From: Yuukianura sp. NJ FZ-2021
Taxonomy: Eukaryota
Assembly (NCBI GenBank): GCA_046563655.1
Contig: CM102284.1
Coordinates: 6,324,001 to 6,388,000 of the forward strand
Reading direction: 5' to 3'
Length of the DNA: 64,000 nt
Shown: piece by piece, positions 30,934-52,448 of the stretch
How the letters are laid out: each line of letters begins with the position of its first letter
Position numbering within the stretch: the stretch's first letter is position 1
The notes under the pieces: generated by a model
Seen by the model: only the letters and a program-made list of their open reading frames with translations
The model's database searches: none
Told to the model about the DNA's origin: nothing
Made by a program: the position numbers and the translations under genes

Positions 30934-31990
30934 ATGGGCAACTGGTTCAGTAAAGGTAATTCAAACACAAGCAACTGGTGAATCAATTAGTGATTAATGA
31001 ACGTGGCAATGAAAAAAGTACATTTTCTGTAGGGAAGAAGGGTACATCGTCAGGATCGACCCGGGTAACTGAACAAGATAAGGCAGTTTTGGTGAGTAAT
31101 CAGTACCTGTACTTTATAATGACCGTGTAATGGAGGCGAAGAGTACTAAACTATTATCGTTGTGATTTCGTTTCCAGCAACTCAAGCAGCAACGTGATAA
31201 AGTGAAGCAGTACCAGCAACGACTACTGGCGACATTAGAAAAGGAACGTGAATTAGCCAAAAAATTACTCCATGATGGCAAGAAAGAGTGAGTGACATGA
31301 ATTCAAAGTGCAGTTAGCAAACCATGAAGTACAGGAATTAACTTTTACTTTTTTTGCAGACGGGCTAAGTTGTTGCTGAAAAAGAAACGATTCCAGGAAT
31401 CCCAGTTAGAGAAATCGGATGCCCAATTGGATAATTTAGAAAAGCTAGTCCATGACCTGGAGTTTGCACAAGTGGAAATACAGGTAATCGCAGCATCTGA
31501 TAAGCAATAAACTTAAAAATCAAGGATTACTTCACTGCAATATCACCTTGTACTCGCTTTCAGGTGCTGGATGGGTTGAAGGCCGGAAATGCGGCACTTC
31601 AAAAAATCCATGAAGTTCTTTCCGTAGACGAAGTTGAGCGTATACTCGAGGAGACACGAGAGGGGGTTGAGAAGCAACAGGAAATCGATGCGTTGCTAAG
31701 CAACAATTTGAGTCCAGAGGATCTGGAGGCTGTTGAAACCGAATTTGAGAAGATCATGTCCGAAGAGAATCTGACTCGTGAGCAATTGTCGCCCGAAGAG
31801 GATCTTTCGTCACTTCCTGATGTTCCAGAAACTGCGCTACCAGAAATCATCGGTAAACTCAGCTTAACAAATCATTTGAATTACATTTACATAACAAATT
31901 GTTCAAATTCTGGATGAATTCTTAATTTTAGCACGAGAAAAGGAACGTGCCATACGATCACAAGAAAGAGTTGCTCTCACGGCGTCCTGA
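30934..31990 (+). CDS. CHMP6: ESCRT-III subunit CHMP6/Vps20 (6 exons)
   Basis: Myristoylation-type start 'MGNWFSK', 'RVTEQDKAVLQLKQQRDK', 'RAKLLLKKKRFQE', 'VLDGLKAGNAALQKIH', 'LPDVP'. Confidence 0.95.
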
Positions 31991-33169
31991 GTCATCCACG
32001 TCTTCTGAAATTCCTGCTCTCGACGAAGTCAACCAGTCAAAAATCCAAACTCTTCAAGGCTTTCAGCGTCAATGTCCTTAGGCTATAATAATCAAGTATC
32101 CTGGGCTGTTCAGATATTACTACTAATTCGTAAGCAAGTTATCATCGTAGTTAGTTAATTATGCTAAATAATCCATTAGTTAGGAACTTTACTTAGATGT
32201 GGTGGGTAGTAAGACTTCGCTAAAGAGCAACGTTACGATCCTGAATCGAAACTTTCCAGCTCGCTTTTGCTTTCTCAATTACTGATTGAGGTCAAGGCAC
32301 TTCGCGAGTAGAGCTCCAGGGTGAGGTCAGGGCAACTAACTCTCAAGTCCTAACAATCACAATAAGAAAGGAACATGTGCTACTATTTCATAATTTCTTA
32401 CTAAAAATTATCAAATTCTAAACTAAAACTTTAGCTTGACAAACGGTACGTAAAAAGGCCTCTTTTCCTTTAAAAAGTTTCTCTTTTTGCCAATAATTCT
32501 CAAAAATTTCGGTTAAAGCAAACTCCTCAAATTGTGCTACAATTTTTAGAAAATGGGGGAGGTCGTATCCAAAATCTTTTACGAATTGAACACTGGAGAA
32601 ATCGACTAGCGATCAGAGGTTAATAACTGTTTAAATTGTGATGCATTTATATTGCTGTTGTTTCAGTACTAATCACTAATTTCAGTAACTTTTTCCTCCT
32701 TGAGAATGAGCTAAAACGCTTAAGGTATGTAACTACTAACTTTCAAAAAAAGTAGTGGAACTTTTTATAAGAAAACCAAAGCGCTGGAACTGATTAGACA
32801 AGGAATTTGCAATTTGCTACAAACTTTGGAAAGATCTGAATCAATTTCTTCTCAATTTATAAATGTGCCTCTATACCAAAAATTTTCTTTCACAAAAACA
32901 TGTATCAAAACAATGGTTGTTGATTGCTGTAATGCTGTTAGTTTTTAATTAAGTTTAGCAGCTCGTTTTAGTTTTGGCAAGTTTGCTGAAATGCTGGAAA
33001 AGCTTTTTGAAAATGTGAAAACTGTTAATTTGTTTGTTAATTAAGAAAGGTGATTTTGTTTATGAATGATTCTTTAGAATAAACGAAATGCTACATTCTG
33101 TAAGTAAAAGTTAATAATTTAAGTTCATTAACGAGTTTTTTTTTATGAAAATCGCTGAAATCGCTCGAT

Positions 33170-34160
33170 CCATAGAAATCGCTGCAAAGTTAAAATTTTG
33201 CGAATTAAGTTTGGTGAAAATGAGATGGTTTTTCCGATTTGTTTAGACGCCAGTTAAAGTTTAAAATAAGTCAGTCTATGTATTTCATACAGTTCTACCT
33301 TACTTGAATTTAATAATTTTTCATTTGGCTTTGAGGTTAGGAAAAAAATTTTATTTGAAAAATTAACTTTTCTAAACTTCTGTCCATGATTTAAATTGCC
33401 TTCATTTCCTAAAAATCTCATTTTCATATTTTTCAAAATGAGCCAAAATTTTGACAGTGAATCGTTTTGTTTTAAAACGTTCTGCGCCAAATACGCGAAA
33501 TGTTGTTTTGCAATTTGAGGCAGTATCAGGCTGATTGGAGCCATAGCATTGTAAAAAGTCCTGCAACTTTCTGCAAAACTGCTGAACTTTTTAAAACACA
33601 CACGTTATGATTGTACTTTTTTTTGGCAAAAATTTTGCACTAAATTGTGTGAAAAGATGTTTTGTAACTTGCATCGAGCGATGGATTTAAAAAAAATAGC
33701 AACAAGTTTGAAATTTTTAGAATTTTCAAAAATGGGAATTGTGTTTGTGTTTTTGAAAGTTTTTGAAGAGTCTTTTACATGGGAGGCCTTCGGGAGAGGC
33801 AAAAAGTAGATCGGAGATTATACGAAGCGAAGAGGCGAGATAGGTCTTTTGCTCTTGTGTGCTTTTTGTATTGGGAGGCCGCCGCCAGCGGGAGAAAAAG
33901 TTGAGGAAGGAGAGGAGCCCTTTTGGTTCGCCTAATCTCCGCATAGCTCCGGACACTTTTTCACAGAGCCTCCAACTTTACAATGGAAAATCCATTTCCA
34001 AAATATCGGAAAATTAAAAAAATTTAAAAATTCATATCTCAGGAATGAATTGCAATAAATTGCTAATTCTTTCACCACTGAATTCAAAATGATCTCAAGA
34101 ATATTTTACGCCCAAAAAACAGAAATCTAAATTATTAATCATTTTTGCCAAAATCCCTGA
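33170..34160. repeat. Dispersed repeat, copy B
   Basis: Inverted match to 5400-5945 and direct match to 34280-34990. Confidence 0.9.
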
Positions 34161-34279
34161 GCCAAAGTCCATGTACTTGTTCAAATTTCGTCAAAATTTT
34201 GTATGTACGTTTGTTTTTGCAAAATGTTTGCAGCGAATTACATGAAATATTGTTTTCCAACAATTAACTGAGGCTTGAT

Positions 34280-34990
34280 TCACAGAAATCGCTGTAACGT
34301 TGAAAATTCAAAGCGTTGTTAACATAAAATGAAAGTTTTTCTGATTTAGTTTACACGCTAGTTAAAATTTAAAATAATTCAGTCTACATTTTTCAGACAG
34401 GATAACGTAAGCTGAAATTCTTAATTTTTCATATAGCCTTGAGGAACTGCCTTAGAATTCATTGCTTTCCCATTTTTCAAAATTATGCAAAATTTAGAAA
34501 GTGCATTGTTTGGAAATTTTTTGCACGAAATCACGCAAAATATTGTTTTGCAATTTGATCCGGGCGGCCAGCGGCCTGGTCTAATGGGGCTACAGCATTG
34601 CAAAGAGTTGCAACTTTCTGCTAAACTGCTGAATTTTTAAAACGTGTACATTTTGATTGTGGTTCCTTTATTGCAAAAATTTTTGCACTAAATCATGCGA
34701 AAAGATGTTTTGCAACTTGTATCGAGCGATGGAGTCACAGAAATCGCTGCAAGTTTGAAATTTTTCGAATTTTCTAAAATGAGGAATTGTGCTAGTGTTT
34801 TTGGAAGTTTTTGAAAGAGTCTTTTACATGGTAGGCCTTTGGGAGAGCAGAAAAGTTGACGGGGGATCGTACGAAGCAGAGAGGCGAGATAGGGCTATTT
34901 TTCTTGTGTGCTTTTTGTATGGGAAGGAGAGTGGTGGGAAAAAAAGGATAGGGAAGGAGGGAGTGTAGCCTTCTTGCTCCGCATAATCTC
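34280..34990. repeat. Dispersed repeat, copy C (diverged tandem partner of copy B)
   Basis: Shared blocks, e.g. 'gagtcttttacatgg.aggcctt.gggagag', 'gaggcgagatagg' and 'cttgtgtgctttttgtat'. Confidence 0.85.
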
Positions 34991-35054
34991 CTGTCAACTT
35001 TTTCGTCCTTCTGCCTATCCCCCAATGTTAAACTTCATTTCAAAATCCAAGTGG

Positions 35055-35152
35055 GTGACAAGGGGTGTTGTGCAGCAGCTGCTACATCAACCACACAAAT
35101 TCAGAGGGTGACAAGGGTTGTGCAAGTAACTGCTACACCAACCACATAAATT
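35055..35152. repeat. Two-copy tandem duplication of ~54 bp
   Basis: 'gtgacaaggg..ttgtgca..a.ctgctaca.caaccaca.aaatt' occurs twice. Confidence 0.8.
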
Positions 35153-35624
35153 ATTCAAACACTAATTTCACTCATTTTCCCGCGCTTTTCCGAAAGGACC
35201 GTCTCACATCCGATTTGTGTAGTTATTATTCTGAGACAATAAGCAAACTTGTTTTTTATTGTACTAGTTATTAATTATTAACTGTTAATAAATAATTGTT
35301 AACTAGAATTAGTACGATTTGGGCTAATCGCTTAAGTCAGCTGAGAATAAAACAGCCGGAACGGGTCAGACTCGGCATTTATTTTAATTCCATCCATTGC
35401 ATAATTAAATAGATTGGAATACTTAAGGTATAAAGTGTTAATCAATTCAATTCATAATTATAGTTGCTCCTGATACATAAAGTTAACTTCCTTTTCATGA
35501 TTTAAAGTTTAGGAATTAAGTTTTTAAGTAGTTTCAAATTGATTTTTAGAAAAAATAGAAAGGTTCAACAGTGCTCATGCTCTTGTCTATCACAGATACG
35601 TTACTGGAACAATTTTTTAAGTTT

Positions 35625-44719
<9,095 letters not shown>

Positions 44720-45161
44720 GGTGACACGACGAACCTGAGCAAATAAATGGTCAGAATTTATCCAGCCACTAGATACCGATTCACTGAAGAATTAATAATA
44801 ACTTACCTTTTAACTTAACACCCCCGTGCCCCGTATCCCTACCAGATGACCGATGATCCCGTTACGTTGTTCGTAATTGATGAGTACCCGGCTGATATCG
44901 ATGCGGCATCAGAGCAAAAGTACAGATTTGGAATTTGTTCGACGGATCAGCACTAAAAATACATTGATAAATCACGATCACCGGATCACCCTCAACCAAC
45001 ACATAACCCATAACCCAACTTTCGAATTGCTGCGTTTGTTGACTGATGAGTGATGACTGAACTGATTATAAATTTAGCTAGACTTAATTCGCGCCGGAGC
45101 CAAATTCCCGGATACACCTGACTTTTTTGAATTTACAACAGAACAAAAGAAAAAAAAACTT

Positions 45162-45782
45162 GGTTAAGGTAAGCTATAACGACCCCTTTTGTTACCACCT
45201 AGTGTTGCCGTTGGCGGTCATCAAGAGTAACAACAATGGGCATATATTCTACAAACCTTGAACAATGGGTGGCAACGCTTGTGTGGCAACGTTTTTAGCC
45301 GCCCTGTTATAAAATTCAACTTGTCGCCACTCAATTGTTGTAACATGCTAATTAATGCCGGCATCACTTTTTAGAATTAGGTTTAGATACAATCGAACTA
45401 AAACTAGCCCAGCTTACCCGACCAAAAACCTCTAAGCACTGGCACTATTGTCAAGTGTTAATTTAACATAGCAAAAGTGAATTCACTGAATAAAACAGTA
45501 TAGTAAAACACTAAACTAGCGGCCTCCTTTACTGTTTTAGTCATTGAATTCGCATTTTCCCGTGCCAAAGACGCGGTCTTGGGTTGAATCTCGTGATGTA
45601 ATTCTAAAACAGTGTGTCCAGCAATATTACCCATGTGCGGCTACAATATGGTGGCTAAAGTTTCTCGTGGGCGGCTACAAATGTTGCAGCTCTAGCGTAG
45701 CCACCAACTGTAGCCACTCAAGATGCCCGTCAGCGCCTACGCTGCGAGGTTCTGATGATGCTCGTTAAACCTTACCTCAACC
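45162..45782. mobile_element. Longer, more degenerate non-autonomous TIR element related to the 23787 MITE
   Basis: Left GGTTAAGGTAAGCTATAACGACC; right CTCGTTAAACCTTACCTCAACC; internal GTAGCC/GGCTAC/GGCAAC subrepeats; no perfect TSD. Confidence 0.75.
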
Positions 45783-46090
45783 AAACTCTCAGATTCCGAT
45801 TTGTTGCAGTTTAGTAGGTTACTAAAAAAGTAAGATCGTCAAAAATCAAAAATCGTAAATAAAGCCAGTAAAAGGTCAAGGTTCAAGCCGTAGTATTCAA
45901 TTCAACGTGTTTGAAGTAAGAAGGTCGTAAAAGGGAAGTGTCAAACGTCAATTACGAATAAGCACTACTCGTGTTTGGTCGGACGAGGTGAGTCACCTCC
46001 TGTCAATTTCTTACCGGTATTTGGCAATGAATGAGCATGAAATGAAGAGATGAGTTACTGTAACGATGGAATATTGACTTTAAGGAGACG

Positions 46091-49000
46091 ATGATGCAGT
46101 CAAACCACGAAATCTCGACTATTATTTCGGGATCTTTAGGCCGAGTGAGGGTCCCAACAGGCACTGATCGCGTTTACAAGGAAGAATGCATGTTCTCATT
46201 TGACAATCCGGTAAGGAAACTTTAAATTCTGTAACACTGGTTCACATCTATAAAACTGCTTGGGTGTAACAGGAAACGGATACCGGGCTCTACGTTTGCC
46301 TCAATACGTTTTGGGGACTTGGTCGCGATTACGTTGAGGAATACCACAAGAAAACTGGGAACAGCCTTTTCCTCCACTGTCAAAGGAAGAAAAAGAAGGT
46401 GGGTTTCACATTCCCTTTTGTTGCAATCAGTGATGATGATATTTTGTCATATTTTGTTGAATTGTTTGTTTACAGATTGTGAAAGAGCAGAGTGAAGGCC
46501 CTGAAAAGAAAATTACACGTTTAGCGATTGGGGTCGATGGAGGGTTCGATGGAAATGAGACTCATCAATACGACGTAGAGGAGGTTTACCAACTGGTAGT
46601 TCTTCCAGGGTTCCACGTCGTTCCTTTGGTCAGTGAGCTTATTCCACAGCAAGTGAGAGCATCGTTGGAAGGAATCCGATCTGCCGAAGCAGCATCCAAG
46701 TTGGCTGAGTTGGAAGCATTGGCTGGAACTTGGGATGGCGAAGTACGAAAAGTGTCAAAGCATGCCCAAAGTCTTGTCCAGTTCGAGACTACCAAGAAGA
46801 TTGCTCCTAGAGGCTGGAAGTGCGAGGCTGAAGGCTGTTCGTTGACTGAGAATCTTTGGCTTAACTTGACCGATGGAAGTATTCTGTGCGGCCGGCGCTA
46901 TGCAGATGGAAGTGGTGGAAATAACCATGCCGCGGAACACTACAAAGCTTGTAGTAAGCTCACTACAAAACTGTGGTAACAAAATTAACAAAGTGCTGCC
47001 TAATAACACGATACGACTTCGATTTTTTTCAACAGAGTTTCCGCTAGCTGTCAAACTGGGGACAATCACTCCTGATGGACGTGGAGATGTCTACTCTTAT
47101 GATGAAGACGATATGGTAGAGGATCCACAACTTACGAAACATCTCGCCCATTTTGGAATCGATGTTGCAGCTTTAGAGAAGGTAATCCCGTAAACCAATC
47201 CACATTCCATCTCCAGATCCATCTTCTAACACTTTGTGCTAATTTCATTAGACGGACAAATCCATGATCGAAATGGAAATTGAACTGAACCAAAGGCAAT
47301 CTGAATGGAACGCTCTCCAAGAGTCGGGAACAAAACTGAAACCACTGTATGGACCCGGTTACACTGGAATGATCAATCTCGGAAACTCTTGCTATCTCAA
47401 CTCCGTCATGCAGCTTCTCTTGTCCATACCAAGTTTCCAGAATGCGTAAGATACATCTTTAGATACGGGAGGGATTTACACCAAAGTGCTGACCTTAATC
47501 TTTCTTTTATCAGATTTAACGATGAGAAGTACTTTGAATCCGTGACTGATCCGGTGAATGATCTGAAGACTCAGCTAACTAAGCTCTCAATGGGGCTGAA
47601 CTCTGGCAAATACTCTCTCAAGAAAGAACTTGAAGGCGAAGAAGTTGAGCAAACTGGGATCAATCCATTTGCTTTCCGCTCTTTCGTTGGAAAAGGTCAC
47701 CGGGAATTTTCAACCAAGAGGCAGCAGGATGCTCAAGAATTCTTTCTGCATCTCGTCAATCTAATGGAGGTAATTACACTAAACTTGATTTTTATGCGTA
47801 AATTGAGCGACTTATCTTCCGTTTTGCTTGCTAGCGTAACCTTAGGGGTGACAACCCATCGGAAATATTTAAGTTCGAAGTGGAAGACAAGGTTGTCTGT
47901 GATGCTACCGGAATGGTCAAAATCACCTCCCGCACTGAATGCTGCCTTCCACTTCCGATTCCTCTTGATGCTTGTACGAATGTAGAGGAAGTGGCTGCTT
48001 ATGAAGCGAAGAAGGCTGAACTGGAAGCTGCTGGGAACAAATCGTAATGGTTTTTGCAATTCAATTTTTGTATGTAGATTTAATGTGAATCTTGATTTTC
48101 GGTTTCCTGTCCTGAACAGATTGATTGGTGATTTAGTCCGACCAAAAATTCCGGTGGAGGCTTGCCTGGAAGTATTCAAAGCTCCAGAACAAATCCAATT
48201 TTTCAGCACTGGAGCCAAGCGTAACTGCACTGGAACAAAGTAAGATCAGCGATTTGTGTGATTTTTCATTTCCGATAACTAAATTCTGACTCTTGTGTTA
48301 ATTTTTTGCAGATACACAAGACTTTCTACCTTTCCGGATTACTTGGTAATTCAACTACAAAAGTTTACTGTTGGAGACGATGGAAACCCGAAAAAGCTCG
48401 ATGTGTCCGTTGACATGCCTTTTGAACTTGACATCAGCTCTGTCCGAGGCAAAGGTCTCCAACCCAACGAAGTTTTGCTTCCAGACGACGATAAGCCAGG
48501 TATAAGTCAATGTTGTTTGATCTGTTCTGCGATTTTCAAAAATTATGAAATGTAAAACCTGAAAATTGTTTACAGCTGCTCCAGCGATGGACGAGGCCGT
48601 CGTGAATCAGCTGACAGAGATGGGATTCCACATCAATGCGGCCAAGAGAGCTGTAATTTCCAGCGGAAATCAAGGATCAGAGGCCGCCACGGAATGGATT
48701 ATGATGCACATGGATGATGCCAACTTGAACGATCCACTTGATCAAGGAAGTGCTGCTCAGGGTGGGGCCGAAGGATTTGTTGCAAACGAAGACGCAGTGA
48801 TGAATATTGTCGGTATGGGATTTTCAAAGGCTCAAGCTGTGAAGGCTCTTCAAGCGACGGACAACAATGTTGAGAGAGCCGTTGATTGGATCTTCTCGCA
48901 TCAAGATGACCTGGATTCCATGATGGACCAAGGAGCAGCCGTTCCTAGGTCGAAGAAATGCTCTGATGGTCCAGGCAGTAAGTAGACACTTCTCTAGAAA

Positions 49001-49226
49001 ATTATGATATTGACCAGTGACTAATTAGTAATTGATGAATGTTTGGACAGAGTACACTCTACTGGGATTTGTGAGTCACATGGGATCGTCAACGATGTGT
49101 GGACACTATGTGGCCCACATTCGGAAGCACAACCGGTGGGTCATCTACAACGACAGCAAAGTGGCCGAGTCAGAGAAGTTACCCAAAGACCTTGGCTACC
49201 TCTACTTCTACCGTCGTGCCTCCTAA
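46091..49226 (+). CDS. USP5: Ubiquitin carboxyl-terminal hydrolase 5/13 (isopeptidase T): ZnF-UBP, catalytic domain and two UBA domains
   Basis: '[16 protein letters not shown]...GGNNHA', Cys box '[16 protein letters not shown]', 'QQDAQEF', UBA 'EMGF'/'[28 protein letters not shown]', His box '[14 protein letters not shown]'. Confidence 0.96.
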
Positions 49227-49476
49227 AGTTTCACAAAGTTGAACTTGGTTTGTCCTTTCGACCGGTTGATACTATTATATTGGATATTGAATTAATTTAA
49301 GATAATTATTCAATTAATATTGGCAAAATTAACAGTTAAAACTTCATGTAATTGGTGTTATGAAGTTGAATTTATTCACAAGATGGTTCTAACCTTTAAT
49401 TGTTGGCAGATCGGATAGAATTCTGACACTTACTGCTCTCAATGACTAAATCAGCGATTTTCCTAATTTTTTCTCC

Positions 49477-50515
49477 TTAGAATTTGACAGCCAAGCCCTT
49501 CAAATCTCCAATACATTTCTTGAGATTTTCTTGCTCTGATTCGGGCGTAATTGACTTGAGTACGCGATTCGTAATCCAGTTGACCATGTGTTTTTGCTGC
49601 ATGTTTCGTTCGACCTGAGAAATTGCAGTGAGCAATGGAGAAAGTTAATTAGTAATTGATTACTAAGGAATGGAGTGTGCAGGAGATGAGTTACCGTTTG
49701 CTTCTCGACTTGATAATCAAGACGTTTCTTGACATCAGTGTAAACTTGCATAAGACGATCTCGGTAGCAAGCTTCTTGTTGAAGTAGAACGTTCTCTCGC
49801 TTGACATCAAACAACATCTTTTGTCCTTCGGCTTGCCATTGGGCTTTCTTTTCCTGTTCAATACTCTCCTTGTTGCTCTTGATCTCGGCGTCACGTCCAG
49901 CGTTCATGTCCGCAATTTCTTTCTGAAAGAATCAAAATCAAAAAGTTAAAGAATAAAATCTAACGTTATGCACGAAAGTTTGTCTTACTTCGACTTCCTT
50001 GTCCAAGTAAGCAGCAATATTTGGACCAAACTTCTTGCTCGCGTAGACGATCATGGCAAAGAATGAGACTCCAGTCCAGAACTCGTGCTCCAGAACCCAG
50101 ATTTCTTTGCTGATGACATAGGTGATGAGTCCGACTCCAAAGACGTAAGGACCAGTAACTCCAGTTTTATTGTAGAAGAATCTGAACCAGTCGTCTGGGA
50201 TGACTCCGAACCTCACTGGTGGAGAGTACATGGCTCGCGTAGGTCTTGGGAAGTTGACCAAGTCTCGCTCTGGACCTTCTTCAACTGCATTTTGCTTCTG
50301 GGTTGTTGTGAAGGGCCTAATCATGCACACTGCGAAAACCGGCTGCTGGGTGGCAGGTACCTTGCTCAACTGACCTAAATACAAAACAAATTACATTAGT
50401 TTGCTAAAGAATTGGAATATTTAAACCTTAACCCGTAGAATTCACATTATCTAGTTATTCTAATGCTTGAATTACTGATGATAGAAGTTGAGGGTCGGAC
50501 GAATCGAGACAACAT
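49477..50515 (-). CDS. ATP5PB: Mitochondrial ATP synthase subunit b (4 coding exons)
   Basis: Presequence '[13 protein letters not shown]', '[10 protein letters not shown]', '[11 protein letters not shown]', '[11 protein letters not shown]', 'VKKRLDYQ', 'QQKHMVNWI'. Confidence 0.95.
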
Positions 50516-51186
50516 CGTGCTTTACGTGGTTGGTACGTATGAAGAGACCTAGAAATCAATCACAAAAAATGAAGTATCAATTAAACCAACTATTAAGTAT
50601 AAGCTAACTTATAAGCATTAAGCTACGCTACGGTTTCGCTAACGTAACAAATTAGTATCGAACCGCTGCATAACATTTAGCATAAGCTGGTCCAATTACT
50701 TCGCAAAAGTTTAATTACCCAAATCAATCACTACTTACCAAACAGAAACAGCTGACCTCGATGGTCGGTTCAAATGGCGAACTGTGAAGGAAGATTAGCC
50801 GAACTAAGCGAGAGAACAACCGATTTAACCAATAAGAATTACTAAATTGAAACTTGAATTTGATTTTTTTCAGGCAAAAAGTGAAGAATTTTCAAAAATT
50901 TGCAATCTGAGTTTTTCGAATACTGAACTACCAGCAGATGCCGCACTTTTCGCGTAAAATTCTTGATGCCAACGCCCGTTTCTCTCTGGAAGAAAGCCAA
51001 CGATAAAACAGATACCTTTCAATGTGTTAAACTTAAGTGTGAATTTAATCAATAATTTCAATTTGTTAATTAACCTAAATTAAATCATGAGTCAGTTTTG
51101 CAAGCCAATTACTCTATTTATTTGACATCTGATTGGATGCTGAATAATTTTAAGTTCAAGGTTTTCCAGCGACAAAGCTATATTCA

Positions 51187-51400
51187 TGACGTCACAAACA
51201 AAAATTAAAAAAAGGGAGGAACCTTTTTGTTTCGTAGAATATCCGCATAGCATCCGGCCAAAATCGAGGGTCCACTTTTTGGATAGCAGTCTGCACGACA
51301 CGCAAAAATCACACATCACACTATGACCTTTTTAGCGACCGACACTCACTGTATTCATGTCTTCTGCTGTGGTAGATTAAATTATTTTTTAAACGACGTA
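51187..51400. repeat. Dispersed repeat D (direct match to 57790-58000), carrying TGACGTCA
   Basis: Shared 'ccgcatagcatc.ggccaaaatcgagggtc...agcagtctgcacgac.cg.aaaa' and 'gacactcactgt'. Confidence 0.85.
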
Positions 51401-52448
51401 CAAACAATGTAAATTAGTAAATCACGACTTTAGTATATTACGTACTTTATTAGTACATAGTACATTTTTTAACAGTAATTAATTAACTGATTTTACCATC
51501 ATTTTAAAAACAGCTTTATCAAAATTAAATACATTATAATAATTATTTCTTTTTGCGTTTTGTCGCAAGAATCCCACTGCTAGAAAAAGTTTTAAACTTT
51601 ATGTGGCGTGAGGAAATAGCAAAAGAAACTTCACTTTTTGAAAGGCGGATTCAAAAAGCAAAAAATTAAAAAGCTTCTGAAAAATTTGGAAAGCATACAA
51701 CAAAGGACGAGTGTAATGCGTAATATTTAGTTAGATTTTAAGTTTTGAACAATAGAAGTTGTTAATTGCATTTCTTTTCACAAAGTACCTTAAATTACAA
51801 AGTACCATTGAAATGTGTTTCAAGAAACGCATTTCAAAGTACAATGAAAAATTTTTCTTGCAACAAGCACCGTTTTGATCGTTGTTTTGAGCTTTAGATT
51901 ATTAGATGGTAAAATTAACTAAAAAATTTACATTTTACATGTAGTTCAACTATTTTATTAGCCTATTTCTCCAAATTAATTCAAATAATCTTGTTCTAAA
52001 TCAGCAAAAAAAGAAGAGTGAGTAGAGAAACATCGATCTCTCCAAGATCTACAACCATCTTGGACTTAAGTCCCCCCTATTGTGTAGATCCAAAGGATAA
52101 GGGCTCCAGGGACTTGGACTTGGAACCCTTATTTTTTCCCTTTGTCATTCCCGTTTACTTTTTGTTCCTTAAGGGCTCTTTCCTTCTTCCCTTAACAAAA
52201 ACTAGCCCCTACGATGTACCAAAAGGTCCAAGAAGTTTTCCTTTTGCTCGTACCAGCACAAGATGACGAAGGGAAACTTCAAGGAACGGAAAAAACAAGA
52301 CAGGCTTCAATTTTTTTCACCCTAGCATTTGAACAAGGGCCCTTCAAAACCTTACTCCACCAGTTGTTCTCAGACTTTCAATGTTGGAAGTGGACTTAAC
52401 GTGGAGCTGGAGCCCTTAGAACATATAAGTTACCTTAGGCTGTCCAAG

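Noticed and set aside
33254-35274. Short ORFs in the ORF track across this region
   Set aside because: They fall in AT-rich repeat copies, are not preserved between copies and lack protein motifs.
47733-48230. Antisense ORFs overlapping real exons (here and at e.g. 7749..8135, 20305..20730, 38266..38637)
   Set aside because: Shadow frames of genuine coding exons with no independent support.
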